Assembly: GCA_050251055.1 (NCBI GenBank)
Contig: JBFWNL010000007.1
Coordinates: forward strand, 96,001-160,000
Source: Bacteriovoracia bacterium
GTDB taxonomy: Bacteria > Bdellovibrionota > UBA1018 > JBFWNL01
Reading direction: 5' to 3'
DNA: 64,000 nucleotides
Numbering within the stretch: the stretch's first letter is position 1; every line of letters starts with the position of its first letter. The position numbers were made by a program, and so were the translations under genes. Positions 9,336 to 19,176 of this stretch are shown here, piece after piece. The notes beneath the pieces were generated by a model. That model saw nothing but the letters and a program-made list of their open reading frames with translations, searched no databases and was not told where the DNA came from.

Positions 9336-10706
9336 ATGCTGAAGATCACGAATCCCGCTACCGGAAAGACCATTCGGGAAGTCGAAACGGATACCGCGGA
9401 GAGCGTCGCCCAGAAATTCGCGCGGGCTAGGGCCGCGCAGGCCGAGTGGGCCCGTATCTCGATCACCGAACGCGTGGCGACAATGCAAAGGCTCAAAACG
9501 CTGATCGAACGGGACGCCGAAAAGATCGCCATGACTTTGACGCAAGAGGTGGGCAAGGGAATTGCGCAATCCCGCAATGAGGTGAAAGGGCTCGCCGGTC
9601 GTTTCGATTTCTTCATGGCCACGGTCGAGGAGACCATGAGCGAGGAGAAGGTGTTTTCCGACGGCGGGATGGAAGAGGTCATTGGGCTTGAACCGCTCGG
9701 GGTGGTGGCTAATATCTCGGCCTGGAACTATCCACTTTTTGTTGGGTTCAACGTAATCGTGCCCGCGCTCTTGACGGGGAACGCGGTGCTCTACAAACCT
9801 TCCGAGTTCGCGACCCTGACCGGGTTGCTCATGGCGGAGCTGATCTGGGAGGCCGGCGTCCCCAAGGACATCTTCATTCCCGTGATCGGAACCGGCGCCG
9901 TTGGGGTTGATCTCCTAAAACAACCGATTCACGGTGTCTTTTTCACGGGTTCTTACGCAACGGGGGCGAAGATCGCCGAGGCGGCCGCCAAGAAAATGAT
10001 CAAGTTTCAGCTGGAGCTGGGCGGGAAGGATCCCGCTTACGTGGCCGAGGACGTGAACGTGGCGAATGCCGCTGCCTCCACCGCGGATGGGGCGTTTTAT
10101 AACACGGGCCAAAGTTGTTGTTCGGTGGAGCGGATCTACGTCCACACCAAGATCTACGACCATTTCGTGGAGGAGTTCGTGAAGACCGTGAAGTCCTTCG
10201 TCACGGGAGACCCTTCCGACGAAAAGACCTATATCGGGCCGCTCACCCGGGGGGCGCATGTGCCTTTCCTGGAGAATCAGGTGGCCGACGCGGTGGCGAA
10301 GGGCGCGAGACTCTTGACTGGAGGGAAGCGCCGGGCGGGCGCGGGTAACTACTTTGAACCGACCGTCTTTACGAACGTCAATCATTCGATGGACTTGATG
10401 CGTGAGGAGAGTTTCGGCCCCATCATCGGAATCCAGAAGGTCGCCGGTGACGAGGAAGCGCTCAAGCTCATGAACGACACGCCCTACGGCCTGACGGCGG
10501 CGGTGTATACCGCGAGCCGGGAGCGGGCAAACCGCATCTTGGGGCAGGTCCAGGCGGGTTCTGCCTACTGGAACTGCTGCGATCGCGTGAGTCCGCGTCT
10601 GCCTTGGTCGGGCCGCGGTCATTCGGGAGTGGGGGCGACGCTTTCGAAGTACGGGATTTTGGCTTTTCTGCAGCCGAAAGCTTGGCACCTCCGGGCGCCG
10701 AGCTGA
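9336..10706 (+). CDS. Aldehyde dehydrogenase
   Basis: AWNYP, KPSE, FTGS, LELGGKDP, GQSCC, EESFGP. Confidence 0.94.
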   Translation: MLKITNPATGKTIREVETDTAESVAQKFARARAAQAEWARISITERVATMQRLKTLIERDAEKIAMTLTQEVGKGIAQSRNEVKGLAGRFDFFMATVEETMSEEKVFSDGGMEEVIGLEPLGVVANISAWNYPLFVGFNVIVPALLTGNAVLYKPSEFATLTGLLMAELIWEAGVPKDIFIPVIGTGAVGVDLLKQPIHGVFFTGSYATGAKIAEAAAKKMIKFQLELGGKDPAYVAEDVNVANAAASTADGAFYNTGQSCCSVERIYVHTKIYDHFVEEFVKTVKSFVTGDPSDEKTYIGPLTRGAHVPFLENQVADAVAKGARLLTGGKRRAGAGNYFEPTVFTNVNHSMDLMREESFGPIIGIQKVAGDEEALKLMNDTPYGLTAAVYTASRERANRILGQVQAGSAYWNCCDRVSPRLPWSGRGHSGVGATLSKYGILAFLQPKAWHLRAPS

Positions 10707-10827
10707 GATCGCGCGAAATTTTTTTTCGGATCGCGGCTGCGCCCCTTGCGCCGGAGCAGACTCCCTGGCTAAAATATAGGTCTAAGCGGAGAGCAAGATG
10801 CTCTCCTCCAAGGAGTCTGAACGATCG

Positions 10828-11193
10828 ATGTTTACCCCGATGTTTAAGACGCTGAATAAAGGACTATTCAGCGCCTGCGTGCTGTTGACGGTGTTAGCGA
10901 TCATCACGGTGAGCCGCCCGGTGGGTGCGGAGTCAGATAACGGCGGGCAGGAGTCCCTCGTGGGCAACGCCGGGGAAAACTACCAAGGCGTCACTCAGGC
11001 CCCTCCCGTGCTGCCGTACCAAAGTCTCTACGAAAAACTCGAACTCAAGAACGGCGGTATCGTCGAGACGGTCAACGGCCAAAAGGTCACGCCTCCCGCG
11101 GGAGCGATGAAGATTCTCCAGGCGGGTAGCCGTACCCCGGCTAAGCGCCGTGGGAACCAGGTCCGACGTGCCGTCGCTTCCGAGTCACGATAA
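10828..11193 (+). CDS. Small exported protein with a GspC-like PDZ fragment
   Basis: Signal-like N-terminus. SLYEKLELKNGGIVETVNGQKV resembles the PDZ motif S.y.klGl.nGD.i..vNG. Confidence 0.5.
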   Translation: MFTPMFKTLNKGLFSACVLLTVLAIITVSRPVGAESDNGGQESLVGNAGENYQGVTQAPPVLPYQSLYEKLELKNGGIVETVNGQKVTPPAGAMKILQAGSRTPAKRRGNQVRRAVASESR

Positions 11194-11195
11194 AT

Positions 11196-12131
11196 TCAGG
11201 GACAGGGCTTTCGGCGAAAAAGCGTGAGCACTCCATAGTAGTCGTACTGGGAAACGTCCGACTTACGATACACATTTCCGATGAAATAATCTTGCTCGGC
11301 TAGGTAGTAGAGCTGGAAGTAAATCCGATTCGACGCTTCGAGCACGAGCGAGGTAGTGGATCCGGGTAGGCGGCGCAAGTTTTTAAGCCGGCCGTTGATG
11401 CTGGCTCGGCTAAACGAGCGCCCGTTGCGGAAGAGCTCGACCACGCTGTTGCCCGTGGAGTTCGTGCCCTGGGCGTTCAAGAATAGATCGACCTTCACGT
11501 GCCATTCGCGTTCGGGGCCCCGCGGTAGCTGCGCGTCGCCTTCCCAGCAACCACCAATGCGCGGATCGCGGTCGGCGGCCATCGTGGATTGCGAAAGCTG
11601 ATTGGCGAAGTCTCGGATGCGCACGCGATGCAGGAATCCCTCCGCATCTTGAGCGGTCTCGACGTGGGCGAGTCCCGCCTCGGATTTAAGCCAGGTGGCA
11701 TCGAGGGGGGGCGGCACGGCGGGGCTAAGGCTAGGGTTAGGCAATGCCGCGGTAGGGGCGGGGGGCGATGCGAGCGGAGTAGTCGGGCGCGCCGTCGGAG
11801 TGCTCGAGGTGGGGGCGGCAGGTGCCGCTCCTTGAGAAAGGTTCTGCATCCATTGCTGTTGTCCGGGATTCGCTCGCAACCCTAAGTCGGCGAGTAGAAT
11901 GAGCATCATCTTGCCCAGGATTTCCTCCGCTTTACGCGCACGTTCTTCTAGGTTTTGAATTTGCCCGAGTCGGTCGATTTCGTGATCGCTGATTTCCCGG
12001 ATTTTTTCTCGCAGTCCGTCCGCTTGGGAAGCGGGTTCCGCCGGCGGAGGGGGCAGTTGCCTGCCGCCCAAGTAAAAACCAGCGGCGCCGGCAAGTAAGA
12101 CGACGAAGGCTAGTTGGATCGCCTTAGGCAT
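11196..12131 (-). CDS. Hypothetical membrane-anchored protein with Pro/Ala/Thr linker
   Basis: N-terminal TM, coiled segment, PAAPTSSTPTARPTTP linker, beta-rich C-terminal domain. Start overlaps the upstream hydrolase stop. Confidence 0.7.
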   Translation of the reverse strand: MPKAIQLAFVVLLAGAAGFYLGGRQLPPPPAEPASQADGLREKIREISDHEIDRLGQIQNLEERARKAEEILGKMMLILLADLGLRANPGQQQWMQNLSQGAAPAAPTSSTPTARPTTPLASPPAPTAALPNPSLSPAVPPPLDATWLKSEAGLAHVETAQDAEGFLHRVRIRDFANQLSQSTMAADRDPRIGGCWEGDAQLPRGPEREWHVKVDLFLNAQGTNSTGNSVVELFRNGRSFSRASINGRLKNLRRLPGSTTSLVLEASNRIYFQLYYLAEQDYFIGNVYRKSDVSQYDYYGVLTLFRRKPCP

Positions 12132-13056
12132 CGGAGCCCTCGATCCAGTGGCTGACCTGTCGGATTACCTCGCGGTGATGATCGAAGATCATGGCGTGGC
12201 CGCAGCGGTCGATCTCGTGTAGCCGGGCGTTCGGAATCAGGCTCGCCAGGTAGCGCGCCGACTCGGGACTAAAGAGCTTGTCTTGCTTACCCTGGAGAAT
12301 AAGGGTGGGAACGTTCACGTCGCGTAGGCGATCTTCCCACTTTTGCCAGTCGATCATGCGGGCGCCCACTGAATGCTGGTGCAAGGTATCGGCGACGTGG
12401 GGCTGTTTCAGGACAAGGTAGCCGAGGTCGAGGTAGAAAGTGTCGAGCAGGCGAGGATTAAACAGGTTCTCTTTGCAAATCGTCTTGTACTGGAACTTGG
12501 TGACGAACTTATGACTTAAGCGCGCGCGCCAAAGGCGGGAGTTCACCCACATGATCCCCCGATAAAGTGGAGACTTCAGATAGCGCATCGGGAACGGCGG
12601 CATGGGATTCAGCAGCACGATTTTTTGGATCTGCGGGAGACGTTGGGCCGCGGCGGCCCAAGTGACCCCGCCCCCGTAGGACAGCCCCACGAGCACGACT
12701 TTCTGGATGCATTGGGACTCCAAGAAGAGCCGTAGCATCTCCACATCGCCTTCGATTTCCGTCGGTGAATTTCGGGGTTCGGAAAATCCCCAGCCAGGTA
12801 GGTCGGGCACGAAGACGTGGTAGTGGCCAGCGAGCGGAGCCATCACTCGCGGCCAATCCATGAAGAACCCACCAAACCCGTGTAGCAGTACGATCGCCGG
12901 TCCGTGCTTTTGGCTTAACCCCATTTGGGCGAAGCAAACGCGTTTGCCTTGGATGACGACGGAATCCAACAGCGGGGGCGGACGCAGACGCTGTCCCGGA
13001 CGGGTCCCGCGGGCGATTTCTTGAAGTTCGGATAAGAGTCGAGCGAAGTAACGCAA
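12124..13056 (-). CDS. Alpha/beta fold hydrolase
   Basis: LLHGFGG, DLPGWGFS, GLSYGG nucleophile elbow, GKQD, CGH. Confidence 0.88.
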   Translation of the reverse strand: MRYFARLLSELQEIARGTRPGQRLRPPPLLDSVVIQGKRVCFAQMGLSQKHGPAIVLLHGFGGFFMDWPRVMAPLAGHYHVFVPDLPGWGFSEPRNSPTEIEGDVEMLRLFLESQCIQKVVLVGLSYGGGVTWAAAAQRLPQIQKIVLLNPMPPFPMRYLKSPLYRGIMWVNSRLWRARLSHKFVTKFQYKTICKENLFNPRLLDTFYLDLGYLVLKQPHVADTLHQHSVGARMIDWQKWEDRLRDVNVPTLILQGKQDKLFSPESARYLASLIPNARLHEIDRCGHAMIFDHHREVIRQVSHWIEGSDA

Positions 13057-13105
13057 GCGATGCCTTTAAAGGCATGCTACCTGAATTTTTTGTCGAGATC
13101 GACGC

Positions 13106-13660
13106 TTAGTTGCGGCGCAAGATGCAGCGGACGTAGCGAAGGACGTCCTGGTTGCCGTCATCCACGTAGCCGCGCGATCCATTGTAGAAATAGGCGGCGT
13201 CTTCGTAGCCTTGGGAGCGCGTCGCCGTCCAGAAATGCTTGTTACAAAGATCCTCGAGCAGCCAGCGCAGACCGTTTTCATCGGCGGTGAGATAGTCGCG
13301 CGCGGTCGGCAGGAGCATACCGCGGTCACGGCAGGCCTTGCGGGCACCGGCATAGTTGTATTTTTCGTCGAGAGTGGGTCCCCAGACAAGGTTGGCCGTC
13401 GTGTCCAGCCAGGTTTCTTGCGCCTTGCCGGCATCTTTGGTGACCAGGAACCATTCTGTTTTCACGCGCTTGCCCCAGTTCGTATAAACTTGGGTGGCCT
13501 CTTCCCGATTTCGCTCCCGGCAATCGAGGATCCGGTCGGCTACCTTGCCCGACCCTCCACAGGCTCGGAAGTTTTCTGCATGCAGAAGTTCTTCCGCCGA
13601 GGCCGAGACCGAGACCGAAATCACGAACGCGAATGCCAAGAGTGCGAAAATGGGTTTCAT
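13106..13660 (-). CDS. Secreted DUF1566/Lcl-like (C-type lectin-like fold) protein
   Basis: Signal peptide MKPIFALLAFAFVISVSVSASA; DTTANLVW, ARKAC, LPT, FWT, YVRC motifs. Confidence 0.65.
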   Translation of the reverse strand: MKPIFALLAFAFVISVSVSASAEELLHAENFRACGGSGKVADRILDCRERNREEATQVYTNWGKRVKTEWFLVTKDAGKAQETWLDTTANLVWGPTLDEKYNYAGARKACRDRGMLLPTARDYLTADENGLRWLLEDLCNKHFWTATRSQGYEDAAYFYNGSRGYVDDGNQDVLRYVRCILRRN

Positions 13661-13722
13661 AGGTGTGCCTGAAATAGCACCCGCAGCATGAGACGACAAG
13701 TCAGGAGTGTTGTCGCTGCGCG

Positions 13723-14754
13723 CTATTCGTGCGCGTGTTCGTAGCAGTCGTCATGGTCGACGACGATCGCCAGGATTTCTTCTTCGAGCGAGAGCGCGTT
13801 CGATTGGGCCACGGCATCAAAGTTCAAACCAAACTGATTTGAATAACGCGGCGCAACCCAGCTCGGGGTGCTCGTGCGAATCACCATCGCTTGATCCTGT
13901 AAGTCGGCTTCCTTCCAGGCTCGGCGTAAAAACATTGCCAGGGTCGCAGCTCCATCCGCCATGCGGTCCATCGCCAGATCCAGCTGTTGGGTCGCCCCAT
14001 CGCCGGAACGCCCTAGCTTGAGATCGATGCCAATCACCTGATCCTTATACTGGTAGGCGCGATTCACCTCGACGAACGCATGATCCAGGGTTTTGCCCGT
14101 TTGGAACTGGCTTGTGAACTTGGCATCCCCTAATAGCTTCGTGGCTCGCTTCAAGACTTCCGCCTTGAGATCGTTGAAGTCGACGGTTTCGAGGTTGTCG
14201 GTTTCAAAGAACTTGTGGATCCCCTTGTTACCGGTTTTTTGTCCGTCGTAGTTCTCCGTCGTGTGCAATGGCTGCGCGAGGTCACCTACATAGTGGGACA
14301 TGGCTCCCGCCATTTCTACGGCCGTCTTGAAGTCACCCGATTTCGCGGCATTCACCGCCAGCGTGTAGAACTGTTGAATTCGCCAGACCGCCGTGCCGTA
14401 CTCCACCAGGGTCTTTTGGCCGTAAGCCGCCACCGCGTCTTCATAGCGGCGGGGGAACTTGGTGAAATCGGCGGGGTTGTCGAAGTAAGAATCCGGTTCG
14501 AAATAGTGCGTGGGTTTTTCAATGGAGCTATTGCGTCCGGACTTCCAGGTATTATCCGGTACGTTGGTGAGCACGCCCAGGTTACCGGCGTTGGACGACC
14601 AAAACTGATTCGCAAGCTGGCTGCCCGTTTCGGCGACGATCTGGTGGCCGACGTGGCCCCAGCCGAAAGAGTTTTGCGGTAGCGTGGCCGATACGGCGGC
14701 CGTTCCGATCAAAATCCATTGAGCGATGGACTTCGATCCCATAGGTTTCGTCAT
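13723..14754 (-). CDS. Secreted S1/P1 family nuclease (zinc-dependent)
   Basis: Mature N-terminus WGHVGH after a signal peptide; SHYVGDLAQPLH; GIHKFFE. Confidence 0.85.
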   Translation of the reverse strand: MTKPMGSKSIAQWILIGTAAVSATLPQNSFGWGHVGHQIVAETGSQLANQFWSSNAGNLGVLTNVPDNTWKSGRNSSIEKPTHYFEPDSYFDNPADFTKFPRRYEDAVAAYGQKTLVEYGTAVWRIQQFYTLAVNAAKSGDFKTAVEMAGAMSHYVGDLAQPLHTTENYDGQKTGNKGIHKFFETDNLETVDFNDLKAEVLKRATKLLGDAKFTSQFQTGKTLDHAFVEVNRAYQYKDQVIGIDLKLGRSGDGATQQLDLAMDRMADGAATLAMFLRRAWKEADLQDQAMVIRTSTPSWVAPRYSNQFGLNFDAVAQSNALSLEEEILAIVVDHDDCYEHAHE

Positions 14755-14996
14755 GAGATCCCCCCGAGAGATATTGAGCGCACGTCAAAAACCTATCGAA
14801 ACTATAGCATGGGAAAAGCAACTGCCGTCACGCCTAAATACCGATCCTGACAGGATTCTAATGGAAGTAAGGGGGCTATGCGTTAGTGTGACGCGCGGCT
14901 AAGCACATCGATTTGTAATGATTTGTGGTGATTTTGCTCCCGCTCGAGTTCCTCGTTGCGGTGTTTGTCGGGGTGCGCTAAGGTCCCGAAAATCTT

Positions 14997-16859
14997 ATGA
15001 ATCTCCGGAATGTTTGCATCATTGCGCACGTCGACCATGGAAAAACCACTCTCGTGGATTATCTGCTTCGCCAAGCGGGAACATTTAAACAACACGAAAC
15101 CGTGAACGAGCGCGTAATGGATTCGATGGATCTGGAGCGCGAGCGCGGCATCACGATTCTCGCGAAGAACACTTCCGTGCGCGTGGGCGACGTGAAGATC
15201 AATATCGTGGATACGCCCGGCCACGCGGACTTCGGCGGGGAAGTGGAACGCATCATGGGCATGGTTGACGGTGCGCTCTTGCTCGTGGACGCCGCTGAGG
15301 GCCCGCTTCCCCAAACCCGTTTCGTTTTGCAGAAGGCACTCGCCCAGGGCCTCAAGGTGATTCTCGTCATTAACAAGGTCGATCGTCCGGAATGTGCTGA
15401 CGGTCTGCGCATTCAAGAAGTCGTGAATCAGACGTTTGATCTCTTCATCGATTTAGGCGCGACCGAAGAGCAGGCCGATTTTCCGATCGTGTACGCCTGC
15501 GCGCGCGCTGGCTGGTGCACCACCGACTTCGATCGCATTCCGGGCCTGATCAAAGGCACCGACACGAGCACGTTGCGGCCGCTGTTTGACATTATTTTGG
15601 ATAAGGTCCCGCCGCCGAAGCTCGCCGCGGACAAGGATTTCAAGATGCTCGTCGCGAATCTTTCTTACTCCGAGTACGTGGGACGTCTCGCGATCGGTCG
15701 CGTGCTCTCCGGCGGCGTAAAGAAGAACCAGCGGATCCTCCGCTACGGGGTCGATACGGCGGGGAATCCCAAGAACGAAACCTTTGCGGTTACGCAGCTT
15801 TTTACCTTTGAGGGCCTCAAGCAATCCGAAGTGCCGGAGCTCACCGCGGGGGATATCGGCGTTATTTCCGGTAGTGAAAATATCGAGATCGGCGACACCC
15901 TAGCGGGATCGGACGCGGTGAAGGCGTTGCCTCGCATCTACGTGGAAAAACCCACGCTTGCGATGACGTTTTCCGTGAACACTTCGCCCCTCTCCGGCCA
16001 AGAGGGCGAGGCGATCCAATCGCGCAAGCTGCGCGAGCGCCTCCTGCGCGAAGTGCTGCACAACGTGGCGCTACGGTTCGAGGAAACCGCCCAGCCCGAT
16101 CAGTTCCGTATCTTGGGCCGTGGCGAGCTGCAGTTCGCGATTTTGATCGAACAGATGCGGCGCGAAGGTTTCGAGTTCATGGTCGGCAAACCCTTGGTGC
16201 TCTACAAAGCCGGCGAGGCGGGCGAGCGGATGGAGCCCTTCGAGATGGCGGTCTTGGATCTGCCCGAGGCCCACGCCAGCGACGTGACCCAGCTTTTCCA
16301 GCAGCGCAAAGGCGTGATGATGAAGTTCGAGCCGCGCGGCGCGGGTCGCGTGCGCCTGGAGTTCGAGATTCCCACGCGCGGCCTGCTCGGCATGCGTTCG
16401 AAGTACTTAACTGCTACGCGGGGTGGAGGGCTATTCAGCTCGCAACTCCTGGATTACCGTCTGCATAAAGGTGATATCCCGCACCGCTTGGTGGGGGCGC
16501 TCGTGTGCGATCGCGCGGGTGAAACCGTCGAATACGGCCTATTGGGTTTGAAAGACCGGGGCGTGATGTTCCTGGGGCCCGGGGTAAAAGTTTATGAAGG
16601 CATGATCATTGGCGAGGGGAACAAGGAGAACGACCTCAACGTCAATCCTTGCCGCGAGAAGAAACTCACCAACATCCGCGCCGCGCACGCCGAAGTGCTG
16701 GTCACCCTGGCCGGTATTCGTCAGATGTCGCTTGAGCAGTGTATTGAATGGATTGACGAGGACGAGTGGATCGAGGTCACGCCGGAGAGCATCCGTCTGC
16801 GTAAAAAAGTGCTGCAGGAAAACCTGCGCAGCGTGAAGCGCTCCGAGCGCGTTACTTGA
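14997..16859 (+). CDS. typA: Translational GTPase TypA/BipA
   Basis: IIAHVDHGKTTLVD, ERERGITILAKN, DTPGHADFGGEVER, GRGELQ, EVTPESIRLRK. Confidence 0.97.
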   Translation: MNLRNVCIIAHVDHGKTTLVDYLLRQAGTFKQHETVNERVMDSMDLERERGITILAKNTSVRVGDVKINIVDTPGHADFGGEVERIMGMVDGALLLVDAAEGPLPQTRFVLQKALAQGLKVILVINKVDRPECADGLRIQEVVNQTFDLFIDLGATEEQADFPIVYACARAGWCTTDFDRIPGLIKGTDTSTLRPLFDIILDKVPPPKLAADKDFKMLVANLSYSEYVGRLAIGRVLSGGVKKNQRILRYGVDTAGNPKNETFAVTQLFTFEGLKQSEVPELTAGDIGVISGSENIEIGDTLAGSDAVKALPRIYVEKPTLAMTFSVNTSPLSGQEGEAIQSRKLRERLLREVLHNVALRFEETAQPDQFRILGRGELQFAILIEQMRREGFEFMVGKPLVLYKAGEAGERMEPFEMAVLDLPEAHASDVTQLFQQRKGVMMKFEPRGAGRVRLEFEIPTRGLLGMRSKYLTATRGGGLFSSQLLDYRLHKGDIPHRLVGALVCDRAGETVEYGLLGLKDRGVMFLGPGVKVYEGMIIGEGNKENDLNVNPCREKKLTNIRAAHAEVLVTLAGIRQMSLEQCIEWIDEDEWIEVTPESIRLRKKVLQENLRSVKRSERVT

Positions 16860-16871
16860 CCGCGGTTGGCA

Positions 16872-17972
16872 TCAGATATCTGCGACCCGGCGCATGAGTT
16901 TCATGTCTGAACAGGCCGCTACGTGGTCTCGCGCCACTTGGGTCGCGCTTCCGGTCACGGAATCGAACGCATAGGTGATCAAGTCTTGAGTTGTATCGTG
17001 GCAGACGCTGAAGCGATCGCCCACCGAGTTGAAGACCACGCGCCGAGGGTTATCCCCAGGCGAAACCGTAAGAGACGTCTGCAGCGTGAGGGTGTCGCCG
17101 GAAATACGGTGAAAGTAAAGTTTGTCCGTTCCGGTGTCCGAGACGATCGCCCATTCCCCTTCCGGATGGACCGCCAGGTAGCTCGTGTTGGCGGTGGAGT
17201 TCGTAGTCGCGCCCACGGACGTGAGCGCCCCGGAGGGGTCCTTGGTGAAGACCCGAATCTGCGGGATGAGATTGATGCTATTGAGCATCATCACGAAGAG
17301 GCGATCTCGAGCGATGCTCCAAACGCCGATGTTGGGGAACTCGTTCGTCGGCGGGACATAGTCCGTGCCGGTGGTGGAACTGGGCACGCCGTCGGACCCG
17401 AGGGGGATGGCACGGATTCGGTGTTCCAAGTACCCAATGACGTAGAGCGCGCTACCGTCCGGAACGACGGTCAAGGTGGTTCCATCGACGTTGGGGGAGT
17501 TCAGAGGGTAGGTTTGCGTCGATTGTACTTCTCCCTCCTCATTCACTCGGATCGCCAAGAACTGATACATCGTGCTTTGTCCCACATATAAGATCGGTAA
17601 GGTGGGGTGGAACACAAGAACATCGCCGTTGGCGTTGCAAGGAGCTGCAAATGAGCCCGCGGTGGTAAGGACCCCGGTACGTGGGTGCACGGTAAAGAAT
17701 TGAATGGTAGCCACACCAGAGAGGCAGAGCGCGACGACGTTGCGCGTAGGATGTACGGCCAAAGTTTTCGGGGTGAAGCTGAGGTCTACCTCGCTCACTT
17801 CGATTGGTACCGAGCCCGGCTCCCAGCGTAGGGTTTTAATGCCGAATCCTAAGGAGTCGACGAGAAGGAGAAACTGACCCGCGTCCACGGGGCGGTGAAA
17901 GCGGGCGGTACAGGCAGAAGTGGTAAGGCAAAGGGCCGACGTGACGATCACGCCGGCCGTCCGAAAGCGCAT
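16872..17972 (-). CDS. Lactonase-like beta-propeller lipoprotein
   Basis: Lipobox TSAC; blade motifs LAVHPT, LVFHPT, VVPDG, LAVHPEG, PRRVVFN. Confidence 0.72.
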   Translation of the reverse strand: MRFRTAGVIVTSALCLTTSACTARFHRPVDAGQFLLLVDSLGFGIKTLRWEPGSVPIEVSEVDLSFTPKTLAVHPTRNVVALCLSGVATIQFFTVHPRTGVLTTAGSFAAPCNANGDVLVFHPTLPILYVGQSTMYQFLAIRVNEEGEVQSTQTYPLNSPNVDGTTLTVVPDGSALYVIGYLEHRIRAIPLGSDGVPSSTTGTDYVPPTNEFPNIGVWSIARDRLFVMMLNSINLIPQIRVFTKDPSGALTSVGATTNSTANTSYLAVHPEGEWAIVSDTGTDKLYFHRISGDTLTLQTSLTVSPGDNPRRVVFNSVGDRFSVCHDTTQDLITYAFDSVTGSATQVARDHVAACSDMKLMRRVADI

Positions 17973-18092
17973 GGCTTTTAGAATTACCACCTCAGGCACT
18001 CACGTGTCACGGTAGTAACACTACGCGTGTCAAACCCTTAGACAGACTCGGGGTGACTCCGCCTCCCCCTTGGATCGTAAAAAAATGTTAAA

Positions 18093-18105
18093 AAACAATT
18101 AGTTA
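18093..18105 (+). promoter_or_regulatory. IHF-like binding site
   Basis: AAACAATTAGTTA versus consensus WATCAANNNNTTR (1 mismatch), just upstream of a sigma54 element. Confidence 0.5.
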
Positions 18106-18130
18106 ATCCCTGGGTCAGTTTTGACTCGCT

Positions 18131-18147
18131 TTGGCATTTTCCTTGCT
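18131..18147 (+). promoter_or_regulatory. sigma54 (-24/-12) promoter
   Basis: TTGGCATTTTCCTTGCT, GG-N10-GC. Confidence 0.75.
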
Positions 18148-18239
18148 CTATTCCACCTCAAGAGAGCATTGCGTGATGGCTGTCCCGTGTGGATGTAGAG
18201 CGAACCATCACTTTGTTGAACTTGTTTGTGGAGGTACAT

Positions 18240-18938
18240 ATGAACATTCGGACGATCTCGATCGCCCCTGCCGTCAAAGCGTGGGCGATCCTTACGGTCG
18301 CGGTCCTCTCCGGTTGCGGAGGCGGGACCAGCGTACCAGCAGTGATTCCTGGATCTTTAACCCCGAACGGCGGCGCCTGTATCACGGGCGTTGGCGGTCA
18401 ATTGGCCCAGATCGGTTTTACCGGCCAAAATAACTATTTCGACGATTACTACGTCCGTGGCGGACAAGCCCAGGGTGGCGCTTATGGCACCATGACCGTG
18501 GGTGGCGGCGGGGCGATCGGCGGCCCAGGGATCAACCTGAGCCGTTCGAGCTCGGATGGTTATATCCAGATGAACGTCAATTTTCCCGGCGGCCAGGGCG
18601 TGCTCCCCGGCGGCAGTGGCTACGGCCCGGCCAACATCAGCGGCACGATCCAGCTGAGCCAAGCCGTGGTGCAAGACATCTATAACCAGTTCCTTGGGCC
18701 TTATTACGGCGGGGGCTACGGTCTTCCCGGATACCCCAATGGATATCCTAACGGGTATCCGAACGGGCAGCAAACGACGCAGGTCTGCGTGAGCAACCTT
18801 GTGATCGATGGCCTCCACCAAGGCTCTACGTTTTACAACGTGTATCCTCAAGCCGCCGTATACCTCTACATCACCGTGGGTGGCGTAGCGGGTGGGCAGC
18901 AGGGTTACACCGGCCAGCCTTACGGGCTCTACTTCTAA
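18240..18938 (+). CDS. Gly/Tyr-rich lipoprotein of unknown function
   Basis: GGAGG SD before ATG 18240; lipobox LSGC; GYPN x3 repeat. Confidence 0.8.
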   Translation: MNIRTISIAPAVKAWAILTVAVLSGCGGGTSVPAVIPGSLTPNGGACITGVGGQLAQIGFTGQNNYFDDYYVRGGQAQGGAYGTMTVGGGGAIGGPGINLSRSSSDGYIQMNVNFPGGQGVLPGGSGYGPANISGTIQLSQAVVQDIYNQFLGPYYGGGYGLPGYPNGYPNGYPNGQQTTQVCVSNLVIDGLHQGSTFYNVYPQAAVYLYITVGGVAGGQQGYTGQPYGLYF

Positions 18939-19176
18939 GTCGATACGTACCTCCCGATATCCAAGCGGGTTGGTCGTCGCAGTGGAAGTGAAAGCGAAAG
19001 CGCGGGCAAGCTGTAGCAGTGTAAAGGTGCCGCCCACACCGAAGAGCAGTAAAGCAGATCAAAGCCAAACCGCTTAAACTCGCAGTTTGGACAGAAAAGA
19101 CCGCGAGTTTTGTAGGAAGGGACCAGTATGACGGCACTGGTCCCTTCTTCTTTTTGTTTTCCCGAATGCGCGGTAG

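Noticed and set aside
18728-18768. 12-bp tandem repeat considered as a CRISPR or contingency locus
   Set aside because: In-frame GYPN coding repeat with synonymous variation and no spacers.
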